Assembly: GCA_002633005.1 (NCBI GenBank)
Contig: NMRA01000663.1
Location: 94,432 to 158,431, forward strand
Direction of reading: 5' to 3'
Origin: Phoronis australis
Lineage: Eukaryota; Animalia; Phoronida
Length of the DNA: 64,000 bases
Made by a program: the position numbers and the translations under genes
Part shown: positions 1 to 11,187 of the stretch, piece by piece
How the letters are laid out: each line of letters opens with the position of its first letter
Position numbering within the stretch: position 1 is the stretch's first letter
Notes under the pieces: generated by a model
Database searches by the model: none
The model's input: only the letters and a program-made list of their open reading frames with translations
Told to the model about the DNA's origin: nothing

Positions 1-402
1 TGCACACTTTATGCTACGAAGTCGGAAAGAATTCGCGAAGTCGGCCTTTGCTACCAGCTCTACCGATGTCTCTGACCCATGTTTAACGCAGTTCTTGATC
101 CTTGGGAAACAGGTAGTAACTAAATTTTTTATCTCACTAACTGGTATTATAGCATGCCAGGCACACAACACGTATAACCTCCCTGTGGCCGGTTTGCCCT
201 CACGCTTGCCGACGTACTTGTTTACTGGCTTGACCACAGTGCAACATTCTGACCCATTTCCAATATGGCGGCGTTGCAACTCCGCTATTACTCAAACAAG
301 AGAGGACTTCATAAAGGTTGACAATTGCCTTTCATTTATTGGCCAAGTTTTGTAATAACTCCAACAAAACCAGGTAAGGTGTTTTTGAGCAGATTTCATC
401 AA

Positions 403-476
403 TGTGTGTGTGTGTGTGCGTGCGTGCATGCGTGCGTGTGTGCATGCGTAAGTGCGTGCGTGTGTGCATGTGTGTA
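403..476. repeat. (GT)n/(GTGC)n compound microsatellite
   Basis: tgtgtgtg…gcgtgcgtgcatgcgtgc directly visible. Confidence 0.9.
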
Positions 477-519
477 TAGTCACCACACGATAACTATTGG
501 AATGCAATGTGAAGCATAC

Positions 520-644
520 CTCCTTGTTGAACGGTAGGGGTGGAACGTCGGGGTCAAGCTCAAACATATCGGGCACAAGGACAGACTTCATAGCAATGAC
601 GAGACTGTCAACATCTCGGGCAAGTGGACCTATAGAGCCTTGCA
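520..644 (-). CDS. FAAH: FAAH-like coding exon 8 (LQGSIGPLARDVDSL…PPLPFNKE)
   Basis: 125 nt, AG/GTATG bounded, GP(L/M)AR.V motif. Confidence 0.92.
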
Positions 645-3600
645 CTAGAACAAGAAAGTCATTCTCAAGTTAGTGTATAAGACTAATGTAATCAGACAAA
701 ATACCATTTTCCTGTCATACCAGCTAAATCTGTTAACAGCAAAAATAGCTGCTTGTATGATATCATGGAGGCAAAATTACAATTGCAGAATGGATTGGTC
801 ACCTTACTGACTTTCTTGGTAATTTCCCTTCATTCTCAATTATGAGAGAAGAATAGTTCGATGATGGATTCAGCCTCCACCAAGCAATCACGACGGGAAT
901 TCAGGTTCTTTTTGTACAAATACTTTTGCCTTGTATTGTAGAATTTCTGCTCTTGCTCCTTTAAACTTGATTCAACTGCACTGAATAAGCTTTTTCAACC
1001 AATGACAGGAGATTTAAAGACACTGGTTCTATCCAATAACAATACCGCAAGTTACAAAGACTGAACAGTCACATTGTAAGGCTTCAATTACTCTGCCTCT
1101 GTTATGACGAAGCTTTTGCACATTAACCTGATTACATGAAATTTACGCAAACAAGTTCACTTAACTCTGCCCATGTCTCACTACCTTGTTCTTCTTCAAT
1201 AGATTTGTACATGAACAGCTATGACCGTCATCAATTCTAAATATCACAAACACGGACATGAATTCTTTTTGCCGGTGAGAAGCAGAGCAATTACTCAATA
1301 AGTGACAATTTCACAGGAATAAAATACTCGCTGAAATAAACTGCAATACCGTGGAATGAAAATGGTGATTTTCAAGTTGTTTGGCCTCCGAAATTGAATC
1401 CCTCGCGAAAAGTTTGGTTAGGAGCACTGTTCCTTGCACAATTGAAAATTAGCCAGACAAAATGTGAGTGGGTTCCGTTTGAGGCAGAACATTTCAATCC
1501 AGACAAAGGTGTTCACCTAAATGTGTTCATCGTGGTAGATACTAGTAATTGGCATGCGAGTCGTGACACAGGACAAAAGACTGCCAATGAATGTTTAAAA
1601 GTTGGATAGATTGATATCAGGATTTGGAAACCCCCATCTGGAGTTGACACCAAACAAGAGATATGTCTGTAATGGTCACTCCATTTACAACCTGAAATAA
1701 TAATTACAAATTTTGCGCAAACACAGACATGATGGAAAAATGTATTACTCACGTGCAAGGTTGCCTGAAAGAAACGGCATCATTCCCTTTTTGCTGCAAC
1801 AGATAGAGCCAATTTACTACAACGTAGACCAAAGCAAAGAAATAGTGCCTTCAGCTGAAGGTGACCGACTAATTTTACGTGCACTTACATTCGAAATAAT
1901 AATAATTAAATATTTTTCTACAACTGCTTTACATACAGGTGCACGCACCCCACCTTCCCTTTCATTAGGATACCAGGTCGTTCAGTGATTTCTTGTAGTT
2001 GGACAATGCTTGTCTACATCAACAGAGAAAACCGGTGTTAACGTACTGTGTTGTATAGGACAATTATCGCATTAATTGTGATGTCTTCACAGCAATAAAA
2101 TACTGGCTGAAATAAATTGAAATGTCAAGGACAGAAACTGGTAATTTTTTAATGTGCTTGGCTTCTGATATTGAACTCCTCGTGAAAAGTTTCTGTAGAG
2201 CCTTTCTTACGTGGAAGAAACGTCAAAAAATAGCCAAAACGATCCAATGGGTTTTTATCTGTTGACAACAATTTTGAATCGATGCATGATTCAATCATGC
2301 TGTGAATAATTCGCTTACAAGGAAAACACGCATTTCTAAAGATACGCGGGAATTTTTATCGCAGCTAGTACAACCTTCTTCTGCTGAACGGTTTTCATGT
2401 GGCTCAAAGATAGCGCGGCACAAGAGTCGAACGCAGTGGTGATGACTGCATTGCAAGACCAAATTACGTATAATTACCGAGCCGAAACTGCATTAAACAT
2501 TATTCTCAGCCTGTACATACTGGTGAATTTTCAAAATGCATTAAAAATAATTTTCGTTAAAAATAAACATTACGGCGGAATTCAACATGAAAAAACACCA
2601 TATCGTGGCTTTTGATTTTTAAATATCGATGAACTAATAAGCTAAATACTACAAACATTGATTACGGATTGTGGATAACGACTGTGTATACTATATTCAT
2701 TATACTCGGAGGATTTACAAACGCTGATCATAATGATAATTGACAATACCAAATGGTTTATTCTTTTCGTATACATTTAAACTACATTACGACAAAAAGA
2801 AATAACACACGGTGACCAAATTAGATGCCAAAAGCTTTCAAGAATCAAAGCGCTTATCATTCAGTCGTGTCAAACTATTTTATTTGAGGAGTAGCAGGCC
2901 AACATGGAAAACTGTGATATTCAGTAATCAGCTGGCAATGAAACACATGTCGTGAAGTCTCACTATGGCTAGCTTCAAAGTCAAGGAAAAAATTCAAGCA
3001 ATAGATGAGGTGGGTCGGTGGATGAGAGCTGACTTCTAAGTTTCATTGATGATCGAACTCTGCCACGTTTTGGCAATTAAAGTTTAAACATAAAATCAAA
3101 ATGTAGCAAGCCGGCAGCAAATAAAACAATTCTAAATTTAAAAAGTAGACTGGAGTATTAAAAATAAAATGACGAAAACAGTAGGAAACATACTAAAACC
3201 CAAGATCATTTGAGATATGACCCTTGTCAAAAAGTAGTGCTACCCTTCCCTTGCCGCTTCATTAGCTTTTATACAAAGGGCGTGGTGAATAGGCATCATA
3301 AAAGTTGTCTGAGGGCAGAGGGAATCTCAGCCGTGACCAGTCTAAGCGAGAAATTCTCCATATGACTAATGTATTCATTCACCATGGTAGATAACTGGCG
3401 TTCGCTGACATCAGACAAGTCTGAGTCTGGCGATTAAAAAAAGAAAGTCTGATATCAGGCCTTTGAAAACCAGTATCGTCTGGAATACGGACTAAACGGT
3501 AGTTAGTTGTAATAAAGGCAAGCAAGGGATCCTTGCTCAGTTCCATGTCTTAAATGTGACTTTAACATCTTTTTATTGTAACTTTAAGTAAATTACTTTT

Positions 3601-6600
3601 ATCTTAAACTGAAATCAATTGATACGTTTTAACAATAAAACACAGTGAGTGAAGTATAACCCAACTACGACTCATATCTTATGGAACTCGCTCCTTGGTT
3701 TTACTCAAACGTCTCTCACCCAACAGCATATGCTTAAATTTGGATACAAGCACCTGCATGGTCAAAATCTTCTAACTTCCGTACTCATTTTACTGTAGTG
3801 TAGTCACGAACATGTAACACTGTCAAAATTTAACTGTGTTACATTAAAAAAATGTCGCTTATCAGATCAGAAGTGTTGTTGAAAAATACAGAGCTTTTGG
3901 TAAATATTGTACACGAATTATAGGGAAATATTGGAGTTTTGACAAATGTTAAGCCTTAAAAAAACTTTACTGTTATATAACATTTTAATTGTGGAAAAAT
4001 TAGTCAAAACTCACACATTTCCAATACCGGAAATTGACATCACAATTATGATTCATCATTCAACATTAATGAGTCTGCTCGTTGTGAAAATCATTGCTTG
4101 AGGCCTGGAACGCAAAAACTCACGAAAATATGTTTTAAACGGATCGTGGAGAATCTACTTCATGGGGATGTTAACGTGACAGTTATTCACTTTGAATATT
4201 GCAAGAATTTCAATAAGAAAACCGCCACTTTCCCAATTCTTGAAACAGACGAAATGTAAATTCTTTCATCCCAAAATAGTTTTCAAATTCTCCGCGCCTA
4301 ATAATATATAAGTGCACATGAACTCACTAAGGAATTATCCAGTAAACATTTCCAAAAGTACATAATCATCATTTAGCTTATATCAAAGGTCAAAGGTCAT
4401 ATTTTCCAAATTTGAATCTCAAGGAAAAATGTTTTGATATGAGCAGACATTCAAAATTGTTACGAACAAACAATAAAAATACTTGGTGAAAAGGAATGAC
4501 ATCTGTTTCTGTGGCAGAGACATTTTAATTAAAAGCAGCTGAGTCTGTTTTTGCATTCTTTGCCACTTTAAAGTCTGTTTAATATAGGGCTTGGAATGAA
4601 CATGACAAAAAAGAGAACAAGAGCAATGCAGAGTGCTGAAATGCGCCTACGAAAGCACCGCAAACCGTGTGCTTCTAGAGTTGTTTATTTGTATCATAAA
4701 AATGACCACTAGATGGTGCAAAAGGTCCAATCCATCTGAAAACAGAACAAGCCATGATTTCTTTAATAGAAAGGTATTTACCAAATTTCATAAAAATCCG
4801 TAGAGGACCTTCAAAGATACAGAGGAAAGCGTAAAAAACTAAAATTGCCAGTAGGGGGCATACCCGTAGTCCGACAGGTCCCAAATTTGGCATCATCCAT
4901 CGTCAGCTTAATAAAAACACGTCTGCCAAATCTCATCAAGATCCTACGAGAGGTTTAGGAGAAATAGCTGCGGACGCCGGACAAAGGACGCCCAGACAGA
5001 GATGACGGCAATATGCACCCATAAAATGGGCGCATAAAAATTTTACAGGTGTTGTATCTTTCCACAAATAAATAGGCTTTTTGTATTATAACACTTAACT
5101 GAAATAAACGTTTTAGCATGTATAAACTTAGTCAAATCAATGATAAAAAGAGATAAAATAAGAGGAAACAGGAAATCAACTTGAAATCAGAGGAAATAGA
5201 AACTGAAGAAGAGAAAGAGAAAATTCCAAGCCCTGTTAACACTTTGTGTACAGGACTTATTGTCCATGCCGTTATCACAATACCTGATACGTTTCACAGA
5301 TGGTTTAAAACCACATATACCGCAGTAACAGGCTGGCAGTCTGCAGCTGCCTCCTAAGTCAGAGCCAAAGCCAAGGATGGCAGCATTGCAGGCCAAGGCC
5401 GTCGCTTCACCACCAGTAGAGCCCCCTGGTGATCGTGTTGGGTCATGAGGGTTCCTCGTCTGTCCTTGTATAGGGTTGCCACAGTCATAGCTGTCAATCA
5501 AAATTGACAACCTAGGTTACATCAAGACAATCGTTTCACTTCCCTACAATTATGGATAAAAATAATTGCCTACTTGCCTTTACCCCACTTTGCAAAGTAT
5601 TCTTAGATTGCTGCTAGTGCCAAGAAGTTTTCAGAATTTTGTGTGATGGTAGACACCGTACAAACCCTATGCATGAAAAGACATCACTTTGGTGATACAT
5701 ATCTTGTATGAAACATCGTGGAAAACCAAATTTCAGCTCACACCCATATTGTCCAAAATTGGTGAGAATTTACAAAAACATCTAAAGAAAAAAAAGTGCA
5801 GGTGGTCTTATGTCATTTTCAGTGCATCAAACGTTCATAGGCCTCATGGTTGGGCCCATTACACTAACCACTTGAGCTAAAATCATGACAGCCCCATTAT
5901 GGAGCAACAGGTTCTTTGTGAAGGCTGTTTTCAAGTTTGCCTTTCTCTTAAGAAAACGGAAAGACAAAGAATATAGTGCAGTTTTGTATTTTCCCTTCAA
6001 CGCATTCTTGACATTGTGAAATTACATCACATCAGTTTGAAGGTAAATATTTTCGGGCCTCTGAAGGCAAGCCAGATCTCCTGTTAGCCACGTGTATAGT
6101 AACATCGTTGTTTTATTAAAGTGGCAAGTGTACGGACTCAAAATGCTTTACCTCACCATAGTCTGGGGCACGTTCGTTTTCATGAATACAACAGCACCCT
6201 GTCTCTTCAGGACTTGAACAAGAACTGAGTCTTCAGGCCAAAACACACCGCACAGCTGTGACATACCACAGCAGCTCTCGTAGCCCTGGCAAAACATGAA
6301 CACTTGGTCCACCACTTTTTACATCATATGCTCAGTTAAGTGCCACACAGATTTTAACAAGTTTGTCAATGGAGCGATCAAAATCTCTAGCTCGCAATCT
6401 AATCAAGAAAATGTAGGAAATCATTTTGCACAATAAATAAACCCGCACCTTCTGTCAAAAACCAACTTCGGGTTAACGATAAATCAGTTTCGTCTCCTTC
6501 CTTCCTGAGAAGAGATTTCTAGGTGAATCTCGACTTGGGTGTTCAGGGGCCACCATTTCTATTGAATTACATATCGAACATTCCTCAGGCATAACAAAAT

Positions 6601-9600
6601 GGCTAAAAGTCAAACAATCTGTGAAAAAATGACAAATTGCAATAACACAAGTCATTTTTACTTACTTTCACGTTATAATGATCCTTCACACTGACTGGTA
6701 TCCCATAAAGACTGCCATTGGGAGAACTTTCCTCCAATGCCTTAGCATCATCCTACAATGAAGTTCAGAGCCCCATTCCACACAAAACTGGACGCACATT
6801 TTTGCATGAGTTTGTGAGCAGATTACTTACAATCCAAAACTGGTCCTCGGCCTGTGACCACCAACGGATTCTTAGTAAAGACCATGCAGATTATAAAACC
6901 ATCGAAAGAAGCCACCAATGCAAAAATTTATGCGTCCCCACAAAATCAGAGTAACTTTGATGTGAATGATTGTAATTGTTCTTCAGGAGTGTTTGTAGCA
7001 GCCAGAAAACAAATAACATTTTATATACAGCCTTAGCCGGTAAATTATTTGATTTCTAAATGGACATGAAAGATGCACACTTCTTCCATAGTCCAGCTTG
7101 TCTATCTGTTTGGCTGTCTGTTAGTCTGCCTTTACTCACCTCAGCTTCTCGGATATAGTCAACAACAAAATTGTACTTGGTATCTTCTTGGACAGCCTAG
7201 GGAAAAACAGCTGTATTTTTTGCAATGTTGATTCTAATCATAACAAAGGCCAGACATCAAACACAAACACAAAATATTTTAACGAGAAGCCCACTTAATA
7301 GTCTTTGCTAGCAGTCTCCGTAATAAATAAAAACATGAGTTCTATAAAAAAGGAAAATGGTTCCCTATAAACACGTTTATAGTCACTATAGTTTTTGAAC
7401 TTAACGTCAATTTTCGACAAAGCTTAACACAACAACGTGCAGTCTATAATTTCATTTCATCCACAAATCCATTTCAAATTCTCACACAATGTCAAAATCT
7501 TTACACTTTGCATCTGGCTGCTTATTGGAAGACTGTTTCAACTAAAAACAAGATCAACGCAGAGAATTGAAATGCGCCCACAAATGCACTGCAATCGAAG
7601 TGCTTCTAGAGTTATTCAATTCTATCATAAAAATGGTCACTAGATGGCACAACACATCCAATCCAGCTGAAAACGGAACATGCCATTGCTTCTTCAAGAG
7701 AACACTATTCACCAAATTTCATAAAAATCTGTCAAGGAACTTCAGAGAAACAAAGGAAAGCGGAAAAAAATGAAATTGCCACTAGGGGACACAGCGTTTG
7801 CCTCAAAGTCATCCATTGTTAGCGTCATATAAATACTTAATAAATTTAACAAAGATCCTGCAGTGGGTATAGGAGATACAGCTACGACCGCAAAACAAAA
7901 CAAAACCACCACTAGGAGGTGCCACAGTAACCGAAGTTGTCAGCATAACCGTCCTCTTAACACTGAGTACACGCCAATTTTTCAAATCATCCTTAGAATG
8001 GTTTGGTTGATAGAGGGGTGGACGCCAAAAAACAGACTCGAAAACAGTAAACATGACAACTACATTACAGCGTTCTGTCGTTCAGTAACTTTTCCAGACG
8101 TGAGGGGTGCTGAATGTGCGATAACATCTGGCTCTTTTGTTAATTGCCCAGCTCAGTCTTTTGTCCCATACGACAACAAGTAGGCCAATTATCTCCCAGG
8201 CTTCAAAGGGTTATTGAAACCTGGCAGAATGAATTGTCTTAACTTCTGTTGTAGATGGGCGATTTTGGTGATTCAAAAACGGAACATGATCAGCATTTGA
8301 CGAGGAATTCAGAAATGCTATTGGTTTAAGTCAAATATGTTATAACTTAACTTTCATTTTTATCAGCCCTGCCCAGTCAGGCTAGATACCATCTGATCGG
8401 AGATTAGAGCAATTATTGAACAAAAGAGCGCAGGCCCTCCAACCATAAATGCCAGAATGGAGTTAAGCAGTCGTGTAAGATATTGGCTGCAGGGGTAAAC
8501 TTCCCAACTTGTTGTTGAGCTACAGAATCGAACAAGTTGGGAGCAACGGGATGTTGCCATCATGAGGTTGCGTAAAATACCTCCAATTTATACGAAAATG
8601 AGAGGACAGCATAACCGCAACAATACATGCCTATGTTCCAAATTTTATGAAACTCCATTGAGGACCTTTGAAATGAATTATACAGACTGAGGTAAGCATA
8701 AAAAACTAAAAATGCACTAAAATTAGGGGCGCACTGCTAGTTTGATCTGTGCGAAAATTGTCACTGTTGCTTGGCAACATCATACAAATAAATATGCTAA
8801 GTTTAGTAAAGATCCTGCAAACAGTTTAGGAGATACAGCCATGGGCACAAAAAAAAACTGCCACCAGGAGGTGCCACAGTAGTTGAAGTCATCTAAAAAT
8901 CGTTGTCAAACGTCCTCTTCATGGTAAGAACATATATGCAAATTCTCACAATCATCCTTAGAGCGGTTGGGTGTGGACGCTAAAAAACAGACTCCAAAAC
9001 AGTAAAACTGGCCACTAGGTGGCGCAAACTACGTTGAATCCATCCAAAAACAAGAAGATAGTTTCATCTCACTATTAGATAACTACAATCCAAATTTTAT
9101 GAAACTACATTGAGGACTTCCGAAGATACAGAGGTAAGGGTAAAAAAATAAAATTGCCACTAGGGGGCACACCGGTGGTCGGAGAGGTCCGAAATTCGTC
9201 GTCATTTGTCGTCATCAGCTTCATAGGAACACAACTGTCACATTTCATCAAGATCCTGGGAGGGGTTTAGGAGATACAGCTGCAGACGCCAGACAGAGAG
9301 AGATGACGGCAATATGCGACCACATATAAATATGATAGGCGCATAAAAAACATCAAACTAATTTGTCGTGACAAAGGTTCAGTTTCATTGTCAAATATAT
9401 AACAGACATAAATGGCATCAAAGTTTCGCTGAATTCAATAAACTTATGATGAAGCCTGTTCAATATATTTTGAAAACTGCAATTCTACAAACTCACAGCT
9501 ACGGCTACATTAGGTCAATAAACGTCATTGAATTTCTACAGCACTATGATGACAGCCCATTTTGCTTTCATACATTTTACGTTTCAGATTCGCACCACCT

Positions 9601-10555
9601 TTACTGGTTGTTGACACTTCATCAGTGCACATACCTTTGCCTGGTAAGCCTGTAGACATTCAGTAGGCTTCAATTCACCACTCTGCAGATGGTCTCTCAG
9701 CTGAGAGAGGCTGAACGATGTAATTTTGTTTACATTATCCTAAAAACAATAAAATGAAAACCAAAATCACAATCAACTATTGGTAAGTATACATCAAAGA
9801 CACAACACAAAATCTGTGACATTGGGTTATTTAGATATAGACTTTCTATGAGTCAAAACAGTTTATAAAAGAATCATAACCCTTACGAAAAGTCATATAA
9901 TTACAACAAAACTGCTCAAACAATGCGTATATTTATCATTACTTAATGACAGAAGAACAATCTGACACTTAACGAAAATATGAAGCTGCAGCGACTCGCA
10001 GAACAGGTTACAAAATCAGTTTCTATATTACTACTAGTAGTCCTAATTTCTGTTGAACTCTCAAACAGTAGAAATACCCACTAAACTACTGTAGAATAAT
10101 ATTTGAAGGAACATATCCAGGAATGCTGGTTGTGTTTGGTTCTGGAAGGATTGATTAAGATCTACCGTCAATTTGGGTGGTTATTTTGCCCTTCCGAGTC
10201 TCCTTTTCAATGAGTATATGAAAGAATAGGCAAAAGTGGTGTTGTTTAGGGTTTTTCATTATTTGTATAACTGTATTCTAAAGGAGCGTTTACACTCCCT
10301 TCTCATTTATGGAGAAGACGTACAACTCCTAGAGCTCACGTTATTTTCCAGACTTTCCACACACTCCTTCATCTTTCGCTTGCCATCTTTAACTTCCTTA
10401 ATGCGTTTCAGTCGCTTCTGCCGCACGCTCAGATATCTGACCAGGCTATGCAAGGCCAAGCTGGAGGTGACAGTGACGAGTACGACTAGCAGATTACGAG
10501 GCGTGAGAAACTCAAGCACCACCGCCAGTAATTCTTCAGCAGACATCTCAGACAT
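520..10555 (-). CDS. FAAH: Fatty-acid amide hydrolase (FAAH1)-like amidase-signature enzyme; spliced, 3' part lies outside the window
   Basis: Exons 10555-10340, 9739-9635, 7196-7140, 6752-6666, 6285-6152, 5490-5284, 1793-1753 and 644-520 are all GT-AG and phase-consistent. N-terminal hydrophobic anchor; motifs LYGIPVSVKD (catalytic Lys), MKTNVPQ, SPGGSTGGE, GSDLGGSCRLPA (nucleophile Ser), CGICGFKP, GPLARDVDSL. Confidence 0.9.
1753..1793 (-). CDS. FAAH: FAAH-like coding exon 7 (SKKGMMPFLSGNLA)
   Basis: 41 nt, gttgcag acceptor and GTGAGT donor; phase 2-1 bridges the flanking exons exactly. Confidence 0.8.
4616..5040 (-). mobile_element. Helentron-associated (HINE/DINE-1-like) non-autonomous element, copy A
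   Basis: AACAAG…aaatgcgcc at one end; hairpin atgcacccat-aaa-atgggcgcat-aaaaa at the other; internal aattgccactagggg / ccaaatttcat units shared with other copies in the window. Confidence 0.65.
5284..5490 (-). CDS. FAAH: FAAH-like coding exon 6 (amidase signature)
   Basis: 207 nt, NPHDPTRSPGGSTGGE…GSDLGGSCRLPACYCGICGFKPS. Confidence 0.95.
6152..6285 (-). CDS. FAAH: FAAH-like coding exon 5 (GYESCCG…KTNVPQTMV)
   Basis: AG/GT bounded, 134 nt, DSVLVQVLKRQGAVVFMKTNVPQ. Confidence 0.92.
6666..6752 (-). CDS. FAAH: FAAH-like coding exon 4 (…GSLYGIPVSVKDHYNVK)
   Basis: AG/GTAAGT bounded, 87 nt, carries the catalytic Lys motif. Confidence 0.9.
7140..7196 (-). CDS. FAAH: FAAH-like coding exon 3 (AVQEDTKYNFVVDYIREAE)
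   Basis: AG/GTGAGT bounded, 57 nt, phase 0-0. Confidence 0.85.
7547..9350 (-). mobile_element. HINE-like element copy B with multiple internal tandem units, interrupted by another repeat
   Basis: Same termini as copy A (aacaagatcaacgcagag…tgaaatgcgccc; gatgacggcaatatgc…ggcgcataaaaaa); repeated gccactagg/aaatttcat/agatacag units. Confidence 0.65.
8067..8551. repeat. Interspersed repeat (~480 bp), uninterrupted copy; second copy at ~15773-16844
   Basis: Collinear similarity, e.g. gataacatct…gacaaca, ttcagaaatgctattggttta, ggccctccaaccataaatg, gaacaagttgggagcaacggga. Confidence 0.85.
9635..9739 (-). CDS. FAAH: FAAH-like coding exon 2 (DNVNKITSFSLSQL...QAYQAK)
   Basis: AG/GT bounded, 105 nt, phase 0-0, amidase N-terminal helix pattern. 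Confidence 0.85.
10340..10555 (-). CDS. FAAH: FAAH-like coding exon 1 (MSEMSAEELL...SLENN)
   Basis: Acceptor ttttttag at 10577-10576, ATG at 10555, TM-like segment then basic patch, GTGAG donor at 10339. Confidence 0.8.
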
Positions 10556-11187
10556 TACAGTATTGTAACGGAAAACTAAAAAATGAAGACTTAAATTACA
10601 TTCCAGACCTTAGTAATACCGTAAAATCCCACCAATTTCGGACAAAAATAATTGTCAAAATTGCTCGTTTTTCAGTTTTCAATGGTTTCTAACATTGTGA
10701 CCAAAATTTTTCAAAATATCATCTGATAGTAGCTATGATACAGAATTAGAAAATAGTAAAGCATTGATATGGCGTTACCAATCTTTTCTGAAAAATAAGA
10801 AAATTTCACTTGTCCCCAATATCTACGTCCTTAAATAGTGCAATTTTTCATGCAATTACACAAATATTAAAACAAAAAACAGATGACCACATTCATGTAA
10901 TGTGGATAATTTAAACCCCAAAAAGTTAATTTATTTCCATGGTGATTCATACATAAATCATGCGCAAGAGTAAATAACTAACACGACAGTGCATGGAATG
11001 AGAATTAGAAAGTTGCTTGAGGGGACCTGAACAACATTGACATGCTCTTCTTCTCAGTGGGAAAACATAATATTATGCCAATTTTCTTAAAGATTCTTTA
11101 AACCGTTTCAAGGATTACAGAGGCAAAAATAGACTCAGGTGGCACAGAATATATCGAAACCATCCAAAAATAGGGCCAGCACCATCA

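Noticed and set aside
11-355. 114-aa plus-strand ORF and search for the next FAAH exon
   Set aside because: No motif found; I could not locate the expected following FAAH exon in 1-519, so it probably lies outside the window
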